Below the pieces are notes generated by a model, which saw nothing but the letters and a program-made list of their open reading frames with translations, was not told where the DNA came from and ran no database searches. A stretch of DNA of 64,000 nucleotides from Prorocentrum cordatum (lineage: Eukaryota), in NCBI GenBank assembly GCA_963575745.1, contig CAUYUJ010000226.1:124001-188000 (forward strand), written 5' to 3'. Made by a program: the position numbers and the translations under genes. Of this stretch, positions 38,241 through 50,200 are shown one piece after another (the stretch's first letter is position 1; every line of letters begins with the position of its first letter).

Positions 38241-41200
38241 GCTCCGGGCACGACTGGGGTCTGCAACCACTCGGGGGCCCCCAAACGGTGCGGTGACCAC
38301 ACCGCGCGGTGAGTCGGTGGGCATTCGGGGTCACCGCACGGTTTTGGGACTCGGCTCGTTCTCCGAGGACGTCTCGGGCGACGGGGGCCTCCGAGGTCCC
38401 AAGACCGTGCGGTGACGGACCGTGCGGTGAGGTCTTGGGGGATTTCGAGGTCACCGTACGGTGCGTCACCGCACCGTTTCGGGACTCCAAAAACCACAAC
38501 GGACTATTTTTTCTGGAGGGGCCCGCGGGGAAGATCGTGCCGAACGAGAGGGGGGGAGAGGGAAAGGGGGGGTTATGAAATCTGCTGCATGCAGCTGGTT
38601 TCGGCCCCGCCGCCGGGCCCATTCCTCGATACATGGCCGCCTCCGGCGCCGGGAGGCGCCAGAAAAATCAGCTACGTGAGCTGATTCGCAAACTCCCCCC
38701 TTTGCTATCCCCCCCTGTCGCCCAGCGGCCTCGACATGAACACATTGGCTGTGGCTGTGGTCGGTTTGGCCGTCCTGGGGCGCCGCATCGACTAGAACCA
38801 ACACCGAGCTGGCTTCGGTGTTCTGACGACTGTTGGCAAGCGCAGGACATTCCCCAGGGTGTGTCCTCGACGTGGTTGTGGTCCCTTGCTCTCCCAGCGG
38901 AGGCGCCGCGGGCGCGCGCCGCGGTGGCGTGCCGCGCCATGATGTTCGAGCGCTTCACCGAGAAGACCATCAAGGCGGTGATGATGGCCCAGGCCGAGTC
39001 CCGGCGGCTGGGGCAGGACCACGTTGGCACGGAGATGCTGGTGGTGGGCGTGGCCTCGGAGGGCACGGACGTGGGCTACCTCGCGCTGGCGAGTCTCGGC
39101 GTGCGGACCCAGGACGCCCGGGCGATGCTGGAGGAGCGGCACGAATGAATTGGGTACTCCAGATTTCGTAATAAAGGGAGGGGGGTCTCACTTCGGGGGG
39201 GGTCTCTTCCAGGCTATCTTGGAGGGCCTGGGGGGTCTGGGGACGATGTTTTGGAGTGTTCTCCCGCGGGGGAGGTCTGAAATGGCTTGTCTTGGAGGGT
39301 CCAGACCCCCTCCCTTTTACTACGAATTCTGGAGTACCGCAAGAACGGGCACGAAGGCCGACGGCATTTCACGTTCATTTTGAACGGGAGTCGCTGTCGG
39401 CGTCGCTGTGGAGTCGAGCAGTGGCGAGGCGCCCTTGCTCGCCCAGAGGCTCACCAACAGCTGTTCGATAAGAGCCCTGTGTGGTTCGCGCGAACCGTTG
39501 TTAGAACATTTCTGGCTGAGATAGTGCTCTTTGAAGCAATCGTGTTGATGCTGTGTTTTGAGCATTAGTTCTGATCCTCTGCCGCGGTAGGCCTCTGGGG
39601 ATGCCGGGACGGTCGGTCCCTGCTCAAAGGAGGTCGTCGGCAGCGGCAGCGGGGGCAGGGCGCTCGAGATCCCGTTCACCAGCGCCGCCAAGAGAGTGCT
39701 CGAGAACTCCATCGAGTGCGCCCGCTCGCAGGGCAGCTCGTCCGTGGGCACCTCGCACCTGCTGCGGGCCATCCTAGCCCATGAGGATCGGGGGGCCCAA
39801 AACAGTCACACCACCACCACCTCCCTCACCCCCTCCCTCCCCCTGGAAAGAGGAGAGGGAGAGGAGGGTAGAGGAGGGAGGAGGAATCGAAGTGGTGGTG
39901 GTGGTGGTGCATATTCTTGGGGCCCGGGTCAGGAGTCCGACGCCGGGTCGAAGCTGCTGTGCCGCCTGCTGAGCTGCGACGGCGCGGAGGCCACGCGGGC
40001 GAAGCTGCTGGGCGCGCTGGAGCGCGAGGAGAGCGCCGGGGGAGCCACCGCCAGCGGCGGCGCGGCGGCGCCGGCCGGCCGCTGGAGCAGCAGCTCCGCG
40101 CCGGCGGCGGCCGCGCCAGTGCAGGACTCGGGCGACCGCAAACATGGACCAAGGGGGCGTGGCTTGGCGACGGGCCCCGTTTCCATGGGGAATCAAGGGT
40201 TCCCGCCGCCGAGCGAGGCGGCACCGGCCGCATTTTGGGGGGGCCACCTCCCCCGATCCATGGCTTCGGCGACCGCGCGCCAAAGCCATGGATCGTTAGT
40301 CCATGTTTGCCCGCCCCCGAAGGACGTGGACCTGACGCAGACGCTGAAGTACGGTGTGGACCTGACGGAGGCCAGCGCATCGTTGAACCGATCATAATAT
40401 TCAGAGCCCCGAATCATCAGGGGTAACTCGGGTCAGGGCTAACTCGGGTTCGTTTTTCGGAAATCCGAACCCGAGTTGCCCCAGGCCCGAGTTACCCCGG
40501 ATAATTCGGGCGTCCAGAGCCCCGAATCATCAGGTCGTTTTTCGGGAATTTGAACCCGAGTTACCCCGGGCCCAAGTTGCCACGGATAATTCGGGCGTCC
40601 AAAATATCTTGGCGACTCATTCTTTTAGAGCCGGGCGTTCCCGCCTTTCTTCGGGCCCAGGGACCCTCGCAGATCGGTCCAGCTCGAAACGTGACGCAGA
40701 AAGGCGGTGTCTGATTAGGGCTCCTGGCGTGTTTTTTCTCTAAAAAAATCAGTTTAAAAATCTGTGTTATTTTTGTATCTTAATAAATGATATACAAACA
40801 TGTAATATATATATATATATGTATATAGAGAGAGAGTGGAAAAAAACATACATATATAAGAACAGCGAAAACGATGTTGCCAACCAATTTTCCGAGACGC
40901 CGGATCTCTTTATATCCCTACGGGGCCATTGCACTTCGTCCCTCAGCCCTCCCGGGCTGGGCTGCGCCCCGCGCGAGCCGACGGCTACGGCACGTGCCCA
41001 TTTGCACCGGGCAGTGGGGCCACGGCCACGCCAGCTGGCATGCTGCCTCCTCCTTCTCCTCCTCCTCCTCCTCCTCCTCCTCCTCCTCCTCCTCGCTCCT
41101 CCTCCTCGCTCCTCCTCCTCGCTCCTCTTCCTCGCTCCTCCTCCTCCTCGCTCCTCCTCCTCGCTCCTCCTCCTCCTCGCTTCTCACAGAGGCGGCCCGC

Positions 41201-44200
41201 AACGGGAAGATGGACCCGCTCATCGGCCGAGAGGAGGAGCTCAAGCGCACCATCCGCATCCTCGGCCGGCGTTCCAAGAACAACCCGGTGCTCGTCGGGG
41301 AGGCCGGCGTGGGCAAGACGTCCATCGCGGAGGGCTTGGCGCAGCAGATCGCGGCCGGGCGCGTGCCCGCAACGCTGAAGGACAAGCGCGTGGTGCAGCT
41401 GGACCTGGCGCTGCTGCTGGCGGGCACCAGGTACCGGGGCGACTTCGAGGATCGCCGTGGGGGGAAGCTGCTCTTGAGGGGTGTCGCCAGGGGATAGTCA
41501 GGAGGAGGACCAGGAGAAGGAGGAAGAGGAGGAGGAGGAGGACCAGGAGGAGGAGGAGGAGGAGGAGGAGGAGGACCAGGAGGAGGAGGAGGAGGGAGGA
41601 GGAGGACCAGGAGGAGGACCAGAGGAGAGGAGGAGGAAGACCAGGAGGAGGAGAAGGAGGAGGAGGACCAGGAGGAGAGGAAGACCAGGAGGAGACTGCA
41701 GAGCGAGGCGACGCGCCGCCGTGCTGGCGGGGAGGCCGTGGCTGGCCGGGCGGGCGGGCGGGCGGCAGGGAGGCCGCGGCCGGGCGGGCGGGCGGGGTCA
41801 GAGTCCCTGAGGTCTGCACGCCCGACATGGGCACCCAGACCTCCTCCTCCTCCTCCTCCCTCTCCTCCTCCTCCCCTCCTCCTCCTCCTCCTCCTCCTCC
41901 TCCTCCTCCTCCTCCTCCTCCTCCTCCTCCTCCTCCTCCTCCTCCCTCCTCCTCCTCCTCCCCTCCCTCTCCTCCTCCTCCTCCTCCTCCTCCTCCTCCT
42001 CCTCCTCCTCCTCCTCCTCCTCCTCCTTCTAGGGACTCCGAGGGGCCAACGATTTGGGTACTGAAAGAATGGGTACAGTGCCCATCAGCAGTTCCTGTTC
42101 ATTTTGGACCAGATTCGCTGTCCACGCCGCCGCGGCCTGTGTTCCCTCGAGGCAGAAGGCCGCCTGCCCAGCAGCGGCCGCTGTTGGTTCGGGACGACAT
42201 TTGCTGCTGGGCACTGTGCCCATTCTTTCCGTGCCCATCTCGGGCGTCCAAATAAGGGGTTTATCGATGTTTCGCCAGTCGAGGTCCCTAAGGGGGATCG
42301 AGCCAGATAGATCCAGTCAAATGCAGAAACATCGGGGTACCTCCAGGTCAATCCAGGCACATCCAGATACATCCAGGTAGATCCAGGTAAATCCAGAGAC
42401 CTCCCGAGAAAGTTGGAGCAACTCGCGGCCGCTCCAGCGCGAGTCGAAGGACGGCAGAAACCGTTAAGCCTTGAGCGAAAGAGGGAAACGGGTCCTCGGG
42501 TTTCGGGCCCCAGGACTGTCAGGGAACGACTCTGGATGAAGATCTTTTGGGCCTCCCAGATCAGAAGAGGAAATGGTACCCATACCGAACCCTTCGCCCG
42601 TTTTCCCTTTTTGGGGGCCTCCTGGGAGGCCCTCGTCGCCACCGCTGGATTCGCCTCGAAATTCTGGTCTGAACGCACCCCGGGAGGTCCGGGGAGTAGC
42701 AGGATCGGTACCTTCTGGTTTCCCCTCTAGATGGGGTCGGAGTCGCTGTGGTCGGAGGATCGGTCCCCATCGCCGATGCGTCGGCGATGCGTCCCGATGT
42801 GGAGCCGAATCTGCTTCACGTCGACGTCGCCGATGCATCGCCGACGTCAGCGATGCATCGCCGACGTATCGGCGATGCGGCGCGATCCTCCGACCCCATC
42901 TGCTCCGACTCGGACCCCATCCAGGAGGCCTCCAGATCCCGTCCTGAGGGAAGGCCCTAATTGGGCTCCAGGACCCGTTTCCCGCAGGGCCCGTCTCCCC
43001 TATGCCGCCAAGAGGAGCGGTTGCGGGCGGTGGTCAAGGAGGTGTCGGAGAGCAACCGCCAGGTCATCCTCGTGATCGACGAGGCGCTCCGCTGGGGCGA
43101 AGGGAGCGCTGTGCCCGTGCACCGATCCGGGCCGCCGCCCTCCGCCCAGGATCGGTGACTGTGCCCTCCTGGCCAGGGCAGGAGGGCGCGGCGCGTGCAC
43201 CGATCCTGGGCGCAGGGTGGGCCTGGCCAACGTCGGCGTATGTCCACAGATCGGGAGGGAAAGAAACACACAGACACAATGAATCGGCGATTCCCCAGAA
43301 AATATGGGAAAACATGGGAAGTGGGGGGGGAAGACAAAAAAACAGAAAGTGTGGGAAACTATTGGGAATATTGTTATTTGTGTGTATTTATTTGTGTGTC
43401 CCAGGGCCCCTTCAATAGAGTCAACCCGCATAGGAAGGATGAGCGACGTTCCGAGATTACCCTCGCATTCTTCCCCTCCGGCCCATCCTTGGCCGCTTTC
43501 GCTGGCCGCGCCCCGCTCGCAGCGTGTCGAACTGGCCTTGCAAAGCCCCCGAACCCTCACCGCGCATATCCTTATCATACGGGTTGACTGCATGCACCGA
43601 TCCCGAACTCGGGGTGGGCCTGGCCTGAATCAGTGTGTGTGTGCATACTTCTCCACGCTCGCCCTCGAGGGCGCGAAGTGATTCGCGCTCCGCGGTGCGG
43701 CTCCGATTCCTCTCAGCTTCCCCTTCTCCCCCGTGGGGGCGGCGCGCGAGTGCGAAGTGATTCGCGCTTCGCGCAGCGCGAAGAGCGAAGTCGGACGCCC
43801 TTGTTATGCCTTCCTGGCAAAGGCAGGAGGGCGTAGGCACCGATCCTGGGCTCGGGAAGGGCCTGGCCAGCATCGGCGTACGTACATACTCGTCGGCCGC
43901 TGAAAGTAGGCCCAGAGCCCACCTGGACTCGGGAAGGGCCTGGCCAGAATCGGCGTACGTACATACTCGTCGGCCGCGGAAAGTAGGTCCAGAGCCCAAT
44001 CTGCTTCAAGCGCCTTGCTACTCCCAGGATCGATCTGCTTTGCTGTGTTTTGCTATGCTCCAGGAGGGCCTGAACCCAGTCTACTTGATCCGCCTTCCTA
44101 CTTCGTGACCGACGGGTGGATCTTAACTTACAGTCAATCCGCATAGCAAGGATGGGCAACCTTCCCAAGGGTGCACTTGCATATTTGCTTCATCGGCCCA

Positions 44201-47200
44201 TCCTTGGCCACTTTCGCTGGCCGCACCCCGCTGGGGAAGAGCTTCGGAATGGGCGTCCGAGGCCCTTGCATCCTTGTCGCGCATCCTTCTGATACGGGCC
44301 GACTCTACTTCACCCGCTTCTTCTGGCCGACGGGTAGTTCTCTCTCCTCCGTCCCAGGAGGGCGCGGCTGAGACGGCGACACTGTGGCCTTCGGGGGGGG
44401 CTGTAGGACCCATCACTTGTGCGATTACAGCCAGCGTTTTTTTCCATGAGAATTGATACTGCTTGACGGAATCTCATTGTGTTCCAATTCTTGTCGATTG
44501 TATTCCCACTGGTAGAAAAGGAAGGGGGAGGGCGGTGAGGAGGTTCTATTGCTTTCGTATTGCAGTCAACTGGTTTTCGCATCACCGGGAACATGAGACA
44601 AACAGGACCAACAGTAGCAACCTTGTATTTTCATTGAGAAATATAAGCAAACACGCCACGAACCCTGTGAGTGCCGCTCTGTTCTTAGTTGTTTCTTATT
44701 TTTCCACGTGGGAGTAAGCTTCCGCTGCCCCCCCGTCCGCCATCCCTCCTCATCCTCCCTCCTCCACTGCAATTACGGTAGGATTGCAATAAGAAACAAG
44801 ATGACCACCTCACTCCATCCCCCTCCTTTCCCAATTGTAGAGAAGGAAGGGGGAAGGGCGGTGAGGAGATCATAAGGCTTTCTCGCTGCAGTCCTACTGC
44901 GCATGCATTAGGAAGGAAAGGGAGACAGGAGGAGGGAGGGTGAAGAAGGGAGGGGTGGCGCGGAAACTTACCAGGAGAATTGGGGAAAAAAACAATAACA
45001 GCATGAAAACACATGTGTTTTCACAGAGACAGGAACAAGCCACGAATCCAGTGATTGTCGCTCTTTTTGTTGGTTGTTCTTGTTATCCATGTGGAAACAC
45101 AGGCTTCGTCTCGTGTTTCATGTTTTTCCGGCTTTCCTGATAAGCTACCGTTGCTCCTCCCCCCTCCTCCGCCCTCCCTCCTCAGTCTTTCTTCCTCCTC
45201 CAATGCGATTTCAATAAGATTGCAATGAGAGACCAGATGACGACCTATCTCCATCCCCCCTCTTCCTATAGAAATGCGAACGGGGAGTTATCGGGAGTCC
45301 TATAGGTAGATATGGAAGGGGGGAGGACGGTGAGGAGACCATATGGTTTTCTTATTATAATATCATTGCGCTTGCACTAGAAAGTTTACTGGGGAACTAC
45401 AGAAAAAGCAGGACAAACATACAAGCTGTTGTTTTCACAGTCATACATCGGAAAAACACACACACACAAACACACACACACACACACGCACACACACACG
45501 CCCCTGTGATTGTCTCTCTTTGTGCAACAATTATTTTCAGTTTCCTTGTGGAGACACATGCTGTTTCGTGTTTGTCTTGTTTTTTGGTTTCCTTGTAAGG
45601 TTCCGCTACCCCTCCTTCCTCCTCCGCCCTCCCTCCTCATCCTTCCTTCCTCAATGCAGTTACAGTGGGATTCCATTAAGAAACCAGATGACCACCTCAC
45701 TCCATCCCCCTCCTCTCCAAATAGGGATGCGATAGGAATGCGACCGGGATTCCTACCGGTAGAGAAGGACAGGGAGAGTGCGGTGAGCAAGTCCTTTCGC
45801 TTTTTGGTTTGCAATCATATTACGTCTTCATCAGAAAGGAGGGAGAGAGGAGGAGGGATGGTGGAGAAGGGAGGGGGGTCGCGGAAGCTTACCAGGAACA
45901 TCGGAAATCAATACAAAAGCAGGACTACAATTAAGGAAATAATGCAACCTTGTGATTGCCGCTTCTTTATTGTTTTTTAGGTTTTCCCTACGAGAGCACA
46001 GGTTTTGACATGTTTTTCTCTTCTTCCTGGTAAGCTTCCGCTGCCCCTCCTCCCTCATCCGCCCTCCCTCCTAATCCTTTCTTCCTCCTCCAATGCGATT
46101 GCAATAGGAGTGGAATAATGAACGAGATGATTACCTCACTCCATCCCCCACGTCATCCAATAGGAATGCGGTAGCAAAGCAATTGGGATTCCTATCGTCA
46201 GGTAAGGAAATGGTAGAGGGCGGTGAGAAAGCCCTCATTGCGCTTGCCTTGGAGAAGGAGAGGAAGAGGAGGAGGAAGGGTGGAGGAGTGAGGGGGCGCG
46301 CGGAAGCTTGCCAGGAAACTATGGGAAACAAATATGAAATACAGGGAAAGCCGTCTGTTTTCACAGTGAAAAAAACACAAAGCACGAAACCTGTGGTTCT
46401 CGCTCTGCCCTCTGTGTGAAAACATGAAGCTTCAGGGGAAAAGCGAGCAGGCTGGCAGCGACGAGCGCGCAGGCAGGGGAGGCCGGGGCCGGGCAGGCGG
46501 GCGGGCAGGGGGAAGCTTTTATGCGTTAAGCAGTGGCGAAGCGTTTTGGCTCGCCGATAGGCCCACCAAATAGTGTTCTCAGAACCGTTTGTGGTTTGCA
46601 CGAAGTGTTCGTAGAGCATCTCTGGCTGGGATTGCTTGCCCTGTTTCAACACATCGGGCCTACGTTCTAAGAACATGGCTTTTGTTATGAGAACGTGTTG
46701 GGGTTGAACAAGTCGCGGTGGGCCTATAAGAGTGCCGGGACGGTCGGTCCCTGCTCAAGAAGCGGGGCCTGGCAGAGACAGCTGGCAGGGGGCTCTCACG
46801 CCCCAGGAGGGAGGCGCCTTTCGGACGGGGCCGGCGGAGGGTCTGTGGTTTTCTTGATGGCTGTTCCGTCTTCGGCCACGCGCAGAGGGTGGTGGGGGGA
46901 AGGGGCTGTGCTTCTTAGAAGCACCCCTGCTTCTCAGAGGGCGCGCGGGCCTTGTCTGAAGATGTCAGGCCGGCGCCTTCCAAAGAGCAGCCTCCTTCGA
47001 AGGAGTCCTCCCCCTCCCTCCACCCCCTTGTGCGCGCCGCAATGTTCAGGAGGGGAACAAAAAACACAGACACAATTAATCGCTGATCCCCGGGAAAATA
47101 TGGGAAAATATGGACTGGGGGGGGGCAGAAACCCAGAAAATATATGAAAATACTAGGAATCCTGTCATTTGTGTGTATTTATTTGTGTGTCCCAGGGCCC

Positions 47201-50200
47201 CTTCAGAGGAGCCCTCCTCCCTCCCTCCACCCCCTCGTACACTGTGGGGCCCGTTGGGCTCCCGGAGGACTTCCGCCCGCCGAGGGGGCACTCGCCTCGA
47301 GGGCGAGGGGCCCCCGCGCCCGCACGTCCACCCAGCGCTCGCCTGGGCCTGGCCGAGCGAGAGGGGGGGACGGGGAGAGGGCTAAGTCGGGCCTGCCCCC
47401 CTACAGGAGGAATGTTCGAAAATAGTACCAGGGGGGGATAGGAATCTATTCCCTATCCCCCCCTTTCGCCCGCCCAGGCCGGGCCGAGCGAGAGGGGGGG
47501 GCAGGGAGAGGGTGAAGTCGGGCCTGTCCCCCTACAGGAGGCAGATTCAAAAATGGTGCAACAAATGGTCTGGGGACGATGTATTGACACGTGTTTGTAT
47601 TTTTTCTGCTTTTTGGGGGGTATTTTGCAGCTTTCGTCGGAAATCGGCCTGTAGGGGGACATGCCCAACCTAAGGAAAGGGGGGGTCACGAAATCTGCTG
47701 CATGCAGCTGGTTTCGGCCCCGCCGCCTGGCCCATTCCTCGATGCATTCATTGGCCGCCTCCCGGCGCCGGGAGGCGCTGGGAAACTCAGCCACGTGAGC
47801 TGATTCTCTACCCTGCCCTTTGCTATCCCCCCCTTTCGTTCCCCCCGACCAGGCCCGCCGCGCCATGCGCGTCCAGCCTCGTGGCGGTGATCGCTTGGGG
47901 CGGCCCAGGGGCGCTCCAGGGCGCCCTCGGGCGGGGAGCCAGGAGGAGGATAAGTCCGTTCCAGAGCGTTCCGGAGCGCTCTCGGAGCGTTCCGAAACGC
48001 TCTTAGAAGGCGACGGCGCCCGAGACACCCTCCAGAGCCGCGGGATCCCAAGGATTCTCGATGCATCCTCACCCGATCTTACCCTCGTCCTGGCTTCCTC
48101 TTACTCGGCGGCGAGCCCGGGGGGGAGTGAGAAGGGGCGGGCCTTCGCAGAGGGCTCGGAAGTCCCCCGCCTTTTGAGAGAAGCGTCCCAAGCCTCCCCC
48201 GAAGACACGGGAAACTTCTGAGCAGGCCAGAGTTCCTCTGAGAAGCCTCGCCGCCTCTTGAGAAGACCTGCTCTCCACACCTGGTCAGCTCCAGTCCGTG
48301 CCTCCGCGCCGCCCGCGGGCTGGCGTCTGGGGCGCAGCCTCGATCGTGGGCACGGCCGCGGCGCCTTCCTTCCCGTCCCCAGGGGCCCCAGGGGGGGCGT
48401 TGAGCTCCGGAGCGTTCGCTCCTCCGACCTCATGCTTCGTGCCGTGCTTCGCTGGCTCCTGCTCCCTCTCGCTTCCTCCCCCCCCCCCCTCGCTCGCCGC
48501 CGACCGCCGTCCATATAGGGGCCGATGTGTGGGTCTCAGCTCGCCCAGCCCCGAGAGGTGCACACGCTGGTGGGCGCGGGCGGCAGTGGCGCCGAGGGCG
48601 GCGGCATCGACGCCGCCAACCTCCTGAAGCCGGCCCTGGCGCGCGGCGAGCTCCAGTGCATCCGAGTATCGTTTCACCGATCCCCATCCCCAGCGGCGCG
48701 GCCTGGGCCCCACTGGGCCCCCCCAGGTGGGCATGTAGGCCGTTCCCTTCGGGTTGCGAGGGGTGTATCCCCAGCTGGGGTGGTACTTTGGTGGGGGTCT
48801 CGAAGGGGATGGGGATGGGGATGGGGGTCGGTTAAACGATACTGCGCATCGGCGCCACCACCCTGGACGTCGGAGCAGGCAAAGGTACCCATACCGTTCT
48901 ACCTCTCGCCCGTGTTCCCACTGTTCGGGCCTCTTCGGAGGCCCTCGTCGCCACCGCCAGATTCCACTCGAAGCCCCGGTCAGAACCCAGCCTGGGAGAA
49001 GGCCGGGGAGCAACATCATTCGTACCTCTGTGTTTCCCCCCAGGACGAGTACCGCAAGTACATCGAGAAAGATCCCGCCCTGGAGCGCCGCTTCCAGCCC
49101 GTGACCATCCCCGAGCCCACGCAGGAGCAGGCGGTGCTGATCCTCGAGGGCCTGGCCTCGAAGTACGAGCGCCACCACCAGCTGCGCTACACGCCGGAGG
49201 CGCTCGCCGCGGCAGTGAGGCTGGCCTCGCAGTATATCGCCGACCGCTTCCTCCCCGACAAGGCGATCGACGTCATGGACGAGGCCGGGTCCAAGGTCCG
49301 GCAGCAGCTCTACCAGGAGTCGGCTGCACGTAAGCGTGACCCTTCGCTTAAGTCGGGCATGTCCCTCCACAGGCTGGATATGCGAAAATGGGCCAACAAA
49401 TAATCTGGGGACGATGTTTCGACTATCGTTTGACATTTCTTTGGCATTCGTCCAAAATCCGCCTGTAGGGGGACATGCCCAACCGAACCCTTCGCCGGAG
49501 TTACCTTTGCTGCGGGCCCATTGTCAGGAGGGGAAGAAACACACAGACACAATTAATCCTCGATTCCCCAGAAAATATAGGAAAATATGGGCAGTGGGGG
49601 GGAAGACAAAAACCCAGAAAATATAGGAAAATATGGGGACTATTTTTATTTGTGTGTATTTATTTGTGTGTCCTAATTTCCCTTTACACTGGGATCCCCC
49701 GATCGCCGGACGCGATGCGGTAATCGTAGCGCCCTGCGCGCCTTTGCCTGGCCCCCCCCCCTTCGGCTCCCAACAAGCCGCGCACCGAGCATCGCTCGTT
49801 TCCAGGGTCAGTCTGGCGTGTATCAGGAGGGGAGAAAACACACAGACACAATTAATCGGCGATTCCCCGAAAATATGGAAAAATATGGGAAGTGGGGGGG
49901 AAGACAGAAACCAAGAAAATATGGCAAAATATGGGGGATATTTTTGTTTGTGTGTATTTATTTGTGTGTCCTGGGGCCCCTTCAGTGTAGTCGACAGGAG
50001 GCTGAGGACGGCAAGGCGGCCGCGGAGATCTGGGCGGTCTGCCAGGAGCTCAAGGCGGTGGCGGCGCAGAAGAAGGCGGCCGTGGCCTCGGAGCGGTACG
50101 ACGAGGCGCAGCAGCTGAAGGTGCGCGAGGTGGAGCTGAGCGAGCGCATCTCGAGGAAGGAACAGCTGCATGCACGTCTTCGATGCTCGTTTCGGGGACC

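Noticed and set aside
48525..49403. ORF read-through as a genuine large insertion in ClpC NBD1
   Set aside because: Read-through puts the conserved GATTL micro-exon out of frame, and both inserts are repeat-family elements.
48285..49436. Minus-strand 383-aa ORF, and similar antisense ORFs over clpC and PLD exons (e.g. 57359-58207)
   Set aside because: These are antisense shadows of GC3-rich coding sequence.
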